From the human T2T-CHM13v2.0 reference genome, Homo sapiens, in assembly GCF_009914755.1 (NCBI RefSeq), contig NC_060941.1: a DNA stretch of 64,000 nt; one strand, given 5' to 3'. Under the pieces are notes generated by a model that worked only from the letters and a program-made list of their open reading frames with translations, did no database searches and was not told the DNA's origin. This document shows, piece by piece, positions 32,801 to 47,402 of this stretch (position 1 is the stretch's first letter; each line of letters starts with the position of its first letter). Position numbers and translations under genes: made by a program.

Positions 32801-33661
32801 CTGCCAGACCAGCTATTCTTAGTAAGGGGAAAAGTAATTTTTCCAGAAAGTTTCTAGTTGGCTTTAACATTTTCTGTAGAAATTTTTTGTTGGGGGAATA
32901 CTTGGAACTGAAAAGGCTAGACTATGCTTGCTCTGGTGTACTACTTTTACCTCTAGTCTGAGGTCTTACCCATCCAAAGAATAGTAGAGGAAAAAGTTGT
33001 TTACCTTTTTCATTCTTCATTTGCAGCTGAGTTGAATTTTAATTTCTCTTTTTGGAAAAACAACTCTCAGATGGCATATATATTACTTTTCTTAGCAAAG
33101 CACAAAAGTTCAGTTGCTTAGATTGGGATTTAAGATCCATTTTCTTTGATTAGGCTTATCCTTCTTGGATATTCAAATATATATAAAAATGATGTTTTGC
33201 ATTGAAAAATATGTAGTTGTAGTTTTTAAAACATGCCTGTTATAAACATTCAACTTTTTTTCACCTTTTGGGGTCTCCATTTTTACCCTTCTAACTTAAT
33301 AATTGAACCTCATGTGAACATAGTTTTGTATGCTGTCTTTTATACCTTTCCCAGTGCTTTTTGATGTTTTTTACCCACAATGAAATTTACTTAAATATTA
33401 TATTCTGCAATGTGCTTAATAGCTTCTCACCAATTGAGAGAATTTACCCACTATTTTACCTTTTGCTTCCTTGAATTCCCCTTCCTGCCTTCTCTCTCAT
33501 ATATTACAAATTTTATCCCTTTGGTAAATTCACCAAACCGTTGCTTGCAGTCTGTGGGAAATGATTGTCTCTCATCTCTCAGTTGTTTCACTTTTTTTCA
33601 AAATCATGTCTTTATTGTATTTTACTTTAAAATCCATGGTCAATGTCTTCTTTTATGGCAG

Positions 33662-33822
33662 AAAAGAGGGGATCTGATGATAAAAAAAGTAGTGTGAAGT
33701 CCGGTAGTCGAGAAAAGCAGAGTGAAGACACAAACACTGAATCGAAGGAAAGTGATACTAAGAATGAGGTCAATGGGACCAGTGAAGACATTAAATCTGA
33801 AGGTGACACTCAGTCCAATTAA
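33662..33822 (+). CDS. LUC7L3: LUC7L3 exon 10 coding part (EKRGSDDKKSSVKSGSREKQSEDTNTESKESDTKNEVNGTSEDIKSEGDTQSN*)
   Basis: Acceptor TTTTATGGCAG|; TAA at 33820-33822; the ten exons sum to 1299 nt = 432 aa + stop. Confidence 0.97.
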
Positions 33823-33855
33823 AACTGATCTGATAAGACCTCAGATCAGACAGAG

Positions 33856-35360
33856 GTAAGTGTATTGTTTCTCACTTTGATTAGGGCTTTTTGTTACTGT
33901 TTGACAGTGCAGCGTAAGTATGCACAGATGAAGATGGAACTAAGCCGAGTAAGAAGACATACAAAAGCCTCTTCTGAAGGAAAAGACAGTGTAGTCCTGC
34001 AAAACATTTTGAGGTACATTGTTTTGTCTCAGCTATTTTGTAGCAGACTCGTGCCCCCATTAGTGTGCCTCTTTGGAAATTATCGCCCACATTTGTAATA
34101 TAGTCGCCATTGAAAAGTTAATTATCCTTTTTTTAGGGATTTTGATGTCATTTCTTTTTTTTTTTTAATAAAAAGGTTGAACTGTTTTTTTTTTTCTTTT
34201 TGGTATTAAGTCCATCTTGTGTTGGTACATTGGCAGAGACATATGCTTTAAAAACTTAAATATTTCGGAGGCACATGTTGGACTACTTTGTTTTAATTAA
34301 ACTGCTAGTATTTCTTTGTCAAGGATGTTTCTAGTTTTTTGCTTTATTGCCTTGCATTCTAATGCAGTTTGTTCTGTAACTCGAGAGCCAGTAGCATTGG
34401 ATTGATGGAAGTGTAGGGTTTATGAATTATTGCAGCTGACTACCATACCTCACACAGCGTTGGTGTTGTGAGCGGCCCATGAAAAGCCAAATTAAAAATC
34501 AAGGATTCAGTCAAACTAAGCAGGTACTCATGCCAGGTACTCCTTTCTCTACCCACATCCATGTTTGAATGCTATTGCCTGTGATCTTTACGCTTAACTG
34601 TTGTGTATCTTTTTTGTTCTTTACAAGAAGTGCAGAGGGGTTTTTTGTGTATTGCGTGAAAACTTATAAAACAAATGTTAACAGAATGGAATTTTTTTTC
34701 AACTGTATGTAGGGCTGCAGTGGTGGCCAGAATTAGATATCTTTAAAGAATTTTAAATACAATAAACACTTCATATTATTCGCCTTGTTACACTCAATGC
34801 AATTCTCAAGTCTATAAGAGGTATGTGCTTAATATTTCCTACTGTGTAGGAGAATTTGCAGTCAGCCATAGGTATGTAGGAATAGTCACTCACTGGCTGA
34901 TACATTTAAAGCAGCAGTGTGAATAGCAAGGACAGACACCTTCAATTTGTGAAATCAAAGAACTGATGCACTATATAGAACGAATTTGGGTTTTTAAAGA
35001 AATATTAAAAGTTAGGTACTGTAAGTGTTCTTAAAACCTGTAAACTTCATTCTGTGGGCTAGTGGTGTGGGACAAAATATTCCTAATGAAAGGAAGTACC
35101 AATTAGTTGATTTGTTGGTGGCATTCCCCTTTTGGGAAAGCAATGTAAGGTTATGTCTGTGTATGTCATTCACACTTAGGCAAGCATACACAGGCACATG
35201 GCTTTAAGAACCACACTGATGCCTTGATAATTAAAAAGAATACAAGCATTCCATGTACACATGTTAATTAGCAGTTAGTGACTGGGCCAACACTTTCTCA
35301 TAAAAATTGGCCTTTTACATGTTGTCTAATTATCATTTTTCCCCAAATTTTGCGTTGTAG
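33856..35360 (+). other. LUC7L3: Alternatively spliced 3'-UTR intron of LUC7L3
   Basis: Donor GAG|GTAAGT 33 nt after the stop; acceptor ATTTTTCCCCAAATTTTGCGTTGTAG| at 35360. Confidence 0.7.
33908..34098 (+). CDS. LUC7L3: LUC7L3 alternative C-terminal coding segment (VQRKYAQMKMELSRVRRHTKASSEGKDSVVLQNILRYIVLSQLFCSRLVPPLVCLFGNYRPHL*), giving a 489-aa isoform
   Basis: Donor GAAG|GTGACA (33803) to acceptor TTGACAG| (33907) removes 105 nt including the canonical stop and joins in frame (G+TG = Val); ORF 33865..34098. Confidence 0.8.
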
Positions 35361-35851
35361 GACTACTGTTCGAAGATTTTTGGAAGAATACTGAGAACGG
35401 CATAAAGTGAAGATCGACATTTAAAAAATGAGGTGAAAGAAAGCTATAGTGGCATAGAAAAAGTATAAAGCTCAGTTAGTTTTTTTATTATTATTATTAT
35501 TAAAAGTTAATTCAGGACTGATGTGACCTACCAGATTTCAGAACATGTGTTAATAGTATATATGCCACTGAAAACTTAGGTCCTGTATCATACTTTTTTC
35601 TTTAAGACTTTTTAAGAAATATTACTTAAACATGTGGCTTGCTCAGTGTTTAATTGCAAGTTTTCAATCTTGGACTTTGAAAACAGGATTAAACGTTAGT
35701 ATTCGTGTGAATCAGACTAAGTGGGATTTCATTTTTACAACTCTGCTCTACTTAGCCTTTGGATTTAGAAGTAAAAATAAAGTATCTCTGACTTTCTGTT
35801 ACAAAGTTGATTGTCTCTGTCATTGAAAAGTTTTAGTATTAATCTTTTTCT

Positions 35852-35857
35852 AATAAA
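35852..35857 (+). terminator. LUC7L3: Likely main LUC7L3 polyadenylation signal (others at 34167, 34761, 35776, 36016, 39352)
   Basis: AATAAA with U-rich upstream and U/GU-rich downstream sequence, at the end of an AU-rich, Alu-free 3' UTR. Confidence 0.6.
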
Positions 35858-38849
35858 GTTATTGACTCTGAACTAGTCCCCTGTTTTAAATACAAGAGTT
35901 ACACTATTACTAGAGGTGTTGGTGTACAGTTTTATCTGATTTGTTCTGTTTAAGACTAATTTTTATAGACTTTCTAATGTTTTAAATAATGGTGCTTCAA
36001 TTTTAGGTGGTTATGAATAAATTTGAATTTTGCTTTTAATAGCAAAGATGTGCAGTGAACTAGAATATATTTTTACATCCCTGAGAGATTCATTTAGTAG
36101 AAAATTCCAAGTATCCTTCTGACAAGCACTCTTTAGCTGGCTAGCTATGGGATGATGTAGAAAAGCATTCAAGAGCTAGTTTTTGTTAAGTCCTGTATCA
36201 AGATTAACCCAGCTGTGTCAGTTTATAAATGTATTTGTGTATAGGGTGTGTAGTATATATGGCAAGGGTTTTTTCCCCCCACTTAAGTGATTATTTTTGT
36301 GTCACATCTAGGAAAACCGGCAGCATGTTTCTATCTATAGCCAGCTTCTTCAACTGTATAAAAGTATTCTCTCCAGCTACGTATATACACACATACATAT
36401 ATATCATAGCAATTCCTTGTGGTTTATAACTTGCAAATACTGCTATCAGTTTATAGGTAAAGAAACAGTGTGTTAAATGACTTATCCAGGGAGGGTCCTG
36501 TGGCTTCATGTTTATGGAGTTGCTAGGTCTCTGCCTCATGGTCCAGTGCCTGTTAAGCCACTGTGTTCATTCTAATAGGCATAATGAATTGTTAAAGAAT
36601 TTACTAAAATCTCTTCCACCAAACTTTGAAAAATAATGAAGCCGCCCCCACTTTAGAGGCTCTGTATGAAAAAATGCTGTGGAGACAGAGCCCTCCTGGC
36701 TCCCTAGCTGATCCTGGAGATGCAGCAATAGATGAATGGGTTATCTCTGAATTTGTAAGAGATAATTCACATGAGGATTAAGATAAAATGGGAAGTAAAA
36801 TCTAACAAACACAAAGATAGCTCCCAGGCACTGCTTTGTGTAGTTTGACAGCATTGTGGTTGTAGCAGCAAAGGACTTAAAGTGATAGTTTTTAAACCAT
36901 ATTCTGTCCCTAAGTAATAAAAAATCTAGGAAGTTACTAAAATACCAGATTTGTTCTGCTCTGCCTCATCTAGAATCAACGTCTAACTAACTTAAATGAA
37001 GTATAATAAATGAGTTCATATGAAAAGGCTTCCTCTATGGACACTTAGATATATTGTAACTATTGAAGTTACCTGGGATGTGGGGGCGGTGGGAGGAGGA
37101 CCTGCCTCCCCAGGACATCTATGACTAAGGCCTGGCTTTAGTTATGGAGAGAGACGTAGAAGTTGAATTTTACACCCAAAATTGATGTGACTGAAGAGGA
37201 ACTGATTGTTGCTAACCAGCTCACAAGAATCCAGTATTGAGACCAGTTCACTAGAAGAAACAAACATTTCTGCCATGCAGACCAAAAAGTTATTAGTTGG
37301 TGAATATGTATTTTCTCTTTGGAAGGTCTTTAAGGGGAGCAAACCAGTTTTAATCAATCAGATTGCTTGGTAAGTTTGGAATCTGCAATCAGTTGGTCTT
37401 AAAAAAAAAAAACTTTATTTTGGAAATTTAAAGACATACACAAAAGAGGAACAATATAATTAACCTCTGTTAACTCATCACCAACAAGACTCATGACCAC
37501 TTTTATACTTCATGAGTGATTGTATTTGTATCCACTGTTTTCTATTATTTTCGAGCAAGTCTCAGACACACCATTTAATCTGTAAATAATTCAGCATGTA
37601 TCTCTAAAAGACAAAGACCTCTTAAATAACAGTTCATTAGTATAAAACAAATTGGGTAAACTTTTGTTGGTCATCAAACTATATTAGCACTGGTCCAATA
37701 GTTTAATTTTCATTGAGCCTTTCAAGAGGACCGACCAGTCTGCTGCTCAAGACATCCTCTCCTCTGGAATGTAGAGATAATACATATCATGCTCCTTTTT
37801 GTTAAAACGTTTTTTTTTCCCCTTCAAACACAGTCCATTCATTTTTCAGTTTGGGTTGAAACATCCTTTTCTTGATCTTGAGCTTATAATAACCTAGTCA
37901 TATTGCTCAGCTCAGATATTTTTACTCCCTCTCCTTAGGCATTCTGGTTCCTTAAATATAGTTAGTGTCACAGAGGATAAATAACCAACCTTATTTCTAA
38001 GGTCTGAGAACACTTGGACCACATATTGGTTGAGCTCAGCCACCTTCTGATTAAAGTTTTCAGACTTGTAAGAACTGAAAATTTTTATGGTGGAAGTTCT
38101 CTGAGCCCTCATCCATTCTGTTTTTAAAAATGCATTGCAGATGGGCTATGTGAATATGTTTTTAAACATCTGATATGTGCATGAAACAAAAAACACTTGA
38201 AGTTATTATGTATACAATTCTGTGGGATGGGACTTCATTCAGGATTGGTTTTCAAGTTTGATTTCCTGAGGGATTTTTTAGTTGTTTGTGAAAGAACCCC
38301 AGGTCTACTTTTGAAATTTTGTATTATAATTGTAATGTTGCCCATGGTTAAAAAAAAAAAGTGTTCAGTGATCTATGTCTCCTACTACTCCTATTTCTCT
38401 GTTTTTCCTCTGCAGGAGCTTGCTGCTGTTAACAGTTATTCTTCCAAGTTGTTTTCTTTGTGGGGAGATGGGAGGTGGGAGGAAATATAAACATATATGT
38501 ATAGATCTTTCAAAATATATGACGGTATACCCGTATGTTCTGAGTCTTGCTGTTTTTACCTGGTAATATTTAGAAACATTTATTTTGAGATAAAGGAGAG
38601 CACTTTTAAGTTGAACCTGTAGTTTTAAAAAGTACATTTCAAGTAAGCCAAAGCAGAGAAGTAAATGTATTTTTCATTGTTGTATCAGAATTTTGAATTT
38701 ACTATTTTAAAAATTCAAGAGTTTTGTAGCTGATCTATTTCTTCCCCTCAGCCATCCCAAATAGGTCATTTGTCAACAGATTTAAGAATGTTTAGAAACA
38801 ACAACTTTGGGAAACGGGAAACAATTTGGTATAAGTGGGTGTGCCATAA

Positions 38850-39372
38850 CCTCTCTCGTAGCCATTCATTCCCGGATACATACCCTAGAGAAACTCTTAC
38901 ACATGCGTACCAGGGGATGGATTTAAGCATTTGTGTGTAATAGGAAGAAAAGAAGAAAAAACCCGGGAAGATCCCAAGTGTCCACCAACAGTGTGTTGGA
39001 TAAATACTGTGGTATATTCCAACAGTGGAATTCCACAGAAGTGAAACTGAACTGCAGCTATGTATGTGAACATGGACAAAACTCAACAATAGAAGGATCA
39101 AAAAAAGCAAGTCACAGAAGAATACATCACTATGGTTCCATTTCAATGAAAGTCAAAAACAGGCTGTCAAATACATGATAAAAGGAAACGATTAAGACAA
39201 AATTTAATGTTAGCCGTTTTGATGGAGGGAGAGGTGATCATGAGGGCACAGGGGTCTTCAGAAGAACTGGTGAGGGTCTGTTTCTGAAGCCTGTGGGCAT
39301 TTCCTTTTTTAATCTGTATGTTTATGTGCTTTTGTATGTATGATATTTCTTAATAAAATTTAAAAAGAAGAA
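38850..39372 (+). mobile_element. Old L1ME-type 3' end
   Basis: CATACCCTAGAGAAACTCTTACACATG...GGATAAATACTGTGGTATATTC...AAAGCAAGTCACAGAAGAATACA; ends AATAAAATTTAAAAAG. Confidence 0.75.
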
Positions 39373-39460
39373 TGGGAAAAAAGTCTTGGTGTAGGTAGTT
39401 ACTAATATATAAGCTGTAGTGTATTTCGTAAAATTAACCATCAGTCAGTGACAAATTTAA

Positions 39461-39802
<342 letters not shown>

Positions 39803-40799
39803 TAATTGTAACTCTTAAAAAGCTAGAAACGGCGACAAGAGCAAGACTCCGTCTCAAAAAAAAAAAAAAAAAGGAAACCTAAATGTATGTTTTCTGTGTG
39901 ATACCTTATTTTCATCTTAACATAGTTTCTACTTGTCTGCCAGCCAGGGAGCTGATGGTTTTGTTTTCCTGTCTAAACAGCTTCCAAAGAAGCTTTTCTC
40001 AGGCTTATGCCATTCTGGGAAAGAAAACTGCTTTACTGTGCTGTACTCCTTCCCCTGGCCCAAGTTAGGTTGTTACCTCAGAGAGGCTGCTGCTTTGGCC
40101 TTGTTCTAATTTTAGTAGGGGTACTGTGAACACAAAAATGTTTACTCTTTAAAAAGAGGAAAGTGACTGAAATTTGAATTGGCAGATTCATAAGGTTCAT
40201 ATAACTAAGGCCCTACGTCAGTTTACAGCAGCCCTGTTACCCCTCAACTATGCTCCAGGTGAGACTTGGATCCCCTCAGTATGAGCATAGGGCTTGGCTG
40301 TGAGTTCATCCAACACATCCCCGAGTGCTCCTATGTGCTGTGGAGTGACTGATACCTTTGGATACACCAAGAACAAAATAGGTGCAGCTCCAGGTCCCTC
40401 CGCTATGGAATCTGTCCTCACTGCAGCAGTGGCACCCTCAGGGCTGTGCCTTGTACACAGGACTTCTGAAAGGGGAGTGGAAAGGGGTGGTGCTGTTGAG
40501 TTACTAATCACCCTATTAGTTGAAAGTGCAGAGTTAATGAACAACTAAGAATTCTAGGTCATTTCATATTTTATTTTAACCTAAATAGTTCTGGGACTTC
40601 TTAGGATGGCATTTTGGTACGTGATTAATTTCACTTAAGGCCATTTTAGAATCAGTGGAATTGGCCGGGCGCGGTGGCTCACACTTGTAATCCCAGCACT
40701 TTGGGAGGCCAAGGCAGTCGGATCATGAGGTCAGGAGTTCAAGACCTGCCTGGCCAACATAGTGAAACCCTGTCTCTACTAAAAAAAAAAAAAAAATTA

Positions 40800-40940
<141 letters not shown>

Positions 40941-41097
40941 TCAAAAAAAATAAAAAATAGGCTGGGCCTGGTGGCTCACCCCTGTAATCCCCAGCACTTT
41001 GGGAGGCTGAGGTGGGTGGATCACGAGGTCAGGAGTTCAAGACCAGCCTGGCCAACATAGTGAAAACCCATCTCTACTAAAAATACAAAAAAAATTA

Positions 41098-41277
<180 letters not shown>

Positions 41278-42592
41278 TCAGGGATTAGTTTTTTATAATC
41301 GATGTGTGAGGTGAAAACTAATCAAATTACTCTTGAAGCTCTTCAAATTTTGTTTTACTGATAATCTGCAGCCTTAAGACTTATTTGTGTTATAGAAAAT
41401 GAGTTTTGGCTGGGCGCAGTGGCTCACACCTGTAATTTCAACACTTTGGGAGACCAAAGCGGGCACATCACATGAAGCCAGGAGTTCGACACCAGCCTGG
41501 CCAACATGGCAAAACTTTGTCAAAACTATTTTTAAAAATTAGCTGGGCATGGTGATGCATGCCTGTAATCCCAGCCACTTGGGTGGCTGAGGCATGAGAA
41601 TCACTTGAACCTACGAGACAGGTTGCACAGTGAGCCGAGATCATGCACTCAAGCCTGGGTAACAGTGATATGCACCCCCCCAAAGTTTTTCTTTTTTTCT
41701 TTTTTTTTTTTTTTTTTTTAGAGATAAGGTCTTGCTATGTTGCTCAAGCTAAACTTGAACTCCTGGGATTACAGGCGTGAGCCACTATGCCTGGCCTCAA
41801 AATTAAAAAAAAATAAGCAATTTAGATGCTGACCTGAAGTGCTTCTGTCACCTTGTTACAGGAGGCCGCAAATGCTAACTAAGCAAGTTGCAGATGGTCC
41901 CACATGACGTTTCTGAATGAAACAGGACACTTCTTACTATTGGAACCATTTTTCTCTGTTTTGAACAGTTGGATAAGGGAAGTCTTGACGTGCTGCCTAT
42001 GTGTCCGCTGCCCTTCATCAAAGTTGAGCTACTGAGAAATTGGAGTTGAAGGAACAGTGGCTAATGGCATGTGCTGGGATGCAAGTAAGACATTATGCTT
42101 GGCCATAAGGAGTTCTGGTATTTTATGTATACCTCTCCCACAAGGTTTAGAGATGACTTCGTGGTCTAGGAGGAACAGGTGTGTAAAGAAGTGACAGTGT
42201 GGTGTGTGTGAATAAAAGTGGGTAGATAGGGTCAAGCCATTGCATGAGCCCGTACAAGGTGCAAGCAGAGTTATTAACTAGAATTTGGCAAGGGAGCTGA
42301 CCCGGAAGGATCCTAGGGAGTGTGTTAGGGAGGAATGTAGCATGGGATGTGATGACAGCTCACTTTAGATGTTAGTGAGGGCACCAGCTGGTTTTTCAGC
42401 TTATTTCACAGACCAGTGGCATGGGCTGTGCCTCGCCTGTTCTGTAAGTGGTATGTTAAAAATAGCCTCAAAGGTATTAATCGTTATTGGCTGGGCATGG
42501 TGGCCACCTCTGTAATCCTAGCACTTTGGGAGGCCGAGGTGGGAGGATCACTTGAGCCCAGGAGTTCCAGACCAGCCTGGCCAACATAGTGA

Positions 42593-42724
<132 letters not shown>

Positions 42725-42793
42725 TGAGTAGCTGGGATTACAGGTGTGAGCCACTGCGCCCGGCCAAGACCTCGTCTTAAAAAATAAAATTTA

Positions 42794-43063
<270 letters not shown>

Positions 43064-43266
43064 TCACAGAGTAAGACTCCCTCTCAAAAAAGAAAAAAAA
43101 AAAAAGGAGTTATTTACTCAACTCAGATATCATGCCATTTTGTAGATGAGTTTAAAAAGGTGTAAACAGGAAGTGATAGTATGGGACACGTTTAAAAATG
43201 AGGACAATTGGCCGGGCACAGTGGCTTACGCCTGTAATCCCAGCACTTTGGGAGGCCAAGAGATCA

Positions 43267-43572
<306 letters not shown>

Positions 43573-44185
43573 TTAGGTCAGGAGTTCAAGACCAGCCTGG
43601 GCAACATGGTGAAACCCCATCTCTACTAAAAATACAAAAATTAGCTGGGCGTGGTGGTGTGTGCCTGTAATTCCAGCTACTTGGGAGGCTGAGGCATGAG
43701 AATCGCTTGAACTTGGCAGTGAGCTGAGATCGTGCCATTGCACTCCAGCATAGGCAACAGAGTGAAACTCTGTCTCAAAAAAAAAAAAAAAAAAAAAAAA
43801 GGCGGAGTGGGGGCGGACACTGATAGAACTTGTGTTGCCAAGTGGGTCCTGGCTTTCCTAGCACCATCAGCTCACCCTGCCCATGTGGGTTGACCTGAAG
43901 AGACTCTGGCCATTTGTCCTGACTGAATCTTATAAAGCATACATCAGGATTAGGGCACAACTCTACAAAATAAACTGCCCTTGGTGTAAGTATCATACCT
44001 TGTGATGTTTTTTATAGCTATTTGTCAAAACCCTAAACTTAACTCTTCTCCCAGCCCAGAGAAATTGGAGATGACGAAACATAATAATTTCTCACAGTTC
44101 AAACATGAAGTTAGCCAAACTGGTATATGCATCCAGACTTCATTATTTGTGAAATAATGATTTCAGTTTTTTAATTCCTGGGATT

Positions 44186-44502
<317 letters not shown>

Positions 44503-44516
44503 ATTCCTGGGAGTAT

Positions 44517-44660
44517 TTAATAAGTCATTTTTGCAGCTTTGCTATCATAGCAGGGCCTTTCTGTCAGAGATGGCACATATTCTGTCAATCTGGAGCTTCC
44601 ATTTTTCATTAAAATGAGTTCCACTTCCTGAAAGTCCCGCAGTCTTCGAATGTCTTTGTC
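44517..44660 (-). CDS. ANKRD40CL: ANKRD40CL last coding exon (DKDIRRLRDFQEVELILMKNGSSRLTEYVPSLTERPCYDSKAAKMTY*)
   Basis: Acceptor TTTCTTTTCTACATTAAG|; 47 codons + TAA; resembles the ANKRD40 terminus (DKDVARLQDFQELEL...LTERPCY...KLTY); not in the ORF track. Confidence 0.92.
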   Translation of the reverse strand, partial: DKDIRRLRDFQEVELILMKNGSSRLTEYVPSLTERPCYDSKAAKMTY

Positions 44661-45240
44661 CTTAATGTAGAAAAGAAATTATATTATGCTTAATAAATTT
44701 GAATGTAATAGAAAACCTTAATATTAATATTGTTCAGCATCTTGGGTTCTGAACCCATAAGGTATTGTTTTTTTTGAGACAGAGTCTTGCTTTTGTCGCC
44801 CAGGCTGGAGGGCAATGATGCGATCTTGGCTCACTGCAACCTCCGCCTCCCAGGTTCAAGTGATTCTCCTGCCTCACTTGGCTCACTGCAACCTCAGCCT
44901 CCTGAGTAGCTGGGATTCAGACATGCGCCATCATGCCCGGCTAATTTTTGTATTTTTTATAGAGACAGTTTTCACCATGTTGGCCAGGCTGGTCTTGAAC
45001 TCCTGACTTCAGGTGATCTGCCCACCTGGGCCTCCCAAAATGCTGGGATTACAGGTGTGAGCCACTGCGCCCGGTCCCCATAAGATAGTTCTGTATTTTT
45101 TTTTTTGAGACAGGGTCTCGCTCTGTCACCTAACCTGGAGTGCAGTGGCACAGTCACAGCTCACTGCAGCTTCAACCTCCTAGGCTCAAGCAATCCTTCC
45201 ACTTCCACTGCAGCCTCCCAAGTCTACTACACCCAGCTAA

Positions 45241-45423
<183 letters not shown>

Positions 45424-46021
45424 TAGTTTACAAAGAATATACACTATAAGCCAAGACACCAGTAAGGATTGCCAAAGGAACAGCAGCTCACCACCTGTTA
45501 TCCCAGCACTTAGGAGGATGAGGCCAGGGGGTTGAGAACAGCCTGGGCAATATAGCCAGACCCATTTCAAAAAAAAGAAATTAATGGAGTGTGGTGGTGT
45601 GTCCCTGTAGTCCCAACTACTCTGGAGGCTAAGATGGGAGGATCACTTGAGCTGAGGATTTCGAGGCTGCAGTGAGCTATGATCACGCCATTGCATTCTA
45701 TTGTGGGTGACAGAGACCCTGTCTCAAAAAAACAAAAAACAAAAAAATTGCCAAAGGAATTTTGAAAGCTTTAAAGAAAAATTTCCAAAGAAATAAGATT
45801 TCCTTTCCAAAATTAAAAATTAAGATCTGTATTTTAAATCTGGGAAATATATAAAAATGCAAAACAATTTTTGTTTGCTAATATTTCAAATACTTAGCAA
45901 ACCCACCCTTTGCTAAGCAAACAAGGATGGGTTTGTGTTTTTTTTTTTCCTGAGGACTATGCCATTTTATGTTAACCAGTCAATTTTGCAGAGATTGGTG
46001 GGGCCAAAAGCACTGAACTAA

Positions 46022-46263
<242 letters not shown>

Positions 46264-46550
46264 TAGTCTCGATCTCTTGACCTTGTGATCTGCCCACCTC
46301 GGCCTCCCAAAGTGCTGGGATTGTACTGGTGTGAGCCACCGTGATCGGACCATTTAGAGGTTTTTAAAAGGTTTATGGATTAGATGTGCAAATCTTAAAA
46401 GCGCCAGATTGAAAATGACCTAGCTACCATGTTTGGCCGTTTTGCAGCCAGGATTTCTGGTGTCATGAAATGCAGAAGTGTAAACGATTGGCTCCAGAGA
46501 ACATGATGTCACCCACTGTGATTCTGCATTTAGAAACTCTTAACCCTTAC

Positions 46551-46726
46551 CTTTCTGAGCAGTGTGTTTGGTAGCTTTCTGATCTTCTCCACTCGTTCTG
46601 GTTTAATCCCCAGTTCACAGCAACTCACGTTTAGTAGGTTTTGGTAACTCAGTTCTTGTCTCTTCAGTTCAATTTCAATGAAGTCATTTTCTTTGGGGTT
46701 CTGAATTCTGACTTTAAACACAAGCT
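46551..46726 (-). CDS. ANKRD40CL: ANKRD40CL exon (ELVFKVRIQNPKENDFIEIELKRQELSYQNLLNVSCCELGIKPERVEKIRKLPNTLLRK)
   Basis: ORF 46530..46769; strong similarity to the ANKRD40 C-terminal domain (recalled); acceptors at TTTAG|46726 and AAAG|46711; donor AAG|GTAAGG. Confidence 0.92.
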
Positions 46727-47318
46727 CTAAATCACCCATAAATTCAAATACAGTTTGTAAAGGAAACAAAATACCTGTCAGAGATTTTCATATCTATTAT
46801 TACAGCATAAATAATCCTAAAAACTGAATGTTAAGTAGACATGGAGCTTTCATGGGCACATACACACTTTGCATTAGCTGAGGGTTCTTTTCTTGGAGTG
46901 TTGGGCAAGCTCTGGGATGTATGCCCCCATTATATCCACTGAAGACAGAAAGCTTGCAGCTTTAAGCCAGCCAAGGATTTAAAATATGCAATGGATATTT
47001 AAACACATCACCCTTGGGCAATACATAGCAGGTGCTCATACCTTGTTGCTTATCTGGAAAGCTTCAGGGAAATGTATAGCCCTGGGGGCCCTGGTGTCCT
47101 TAAAGAAGCTATTGTGCAGAGGAGCAAATCGCTCTTGAGATTCCTACCCACCACCCCCACTCCTCCAGAAATAGGATAATTCTACCATCTTTCAGGACAG
47201 TGGCATTGTATTCCAACTTAACTGTCCTGAGAAGATACAGTATGAACTAAAAGTCCAAATGGAAAGCAGATGGTCAGTTTGGCTTTGCAACCTGGTCACA
47301 TAGGGGCTGAGTCTTCAC

Positions 47319-47402
47319 CTAGACAGGTGTCACTGGGTTTCTTGTTATCACTTGGGTCCGTTGTTGGCAAGTGTGGATTTGTGCCTTCTTGTTTATATTC
47401 AC
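47319..47402 (-). CDS. ANKRD40CL: ANKRD40CL candidate 84-nt in-frame cassette exon (GEYKQEGTNPHLPTTDPSDNKKPSDTCL)
   Basis: Strong acceptor CTCTTTCCTGATTCCCAG|, donor TAG|GTGAAG; symmetric phase 1-1; no stops. Confidence 0.7.
   Translation of the reverse strand: MNINKKAQIHTCQQRTQVITRNPVTPV

Noticed and set aside
40248-40548. Overlapping 98-aa (-) and 84-aa (+) ORFs in unique sequence
   Set aside because: Non-ATG starts, no recognisable homology or supporting exon structure; the lengths are expected by chance.
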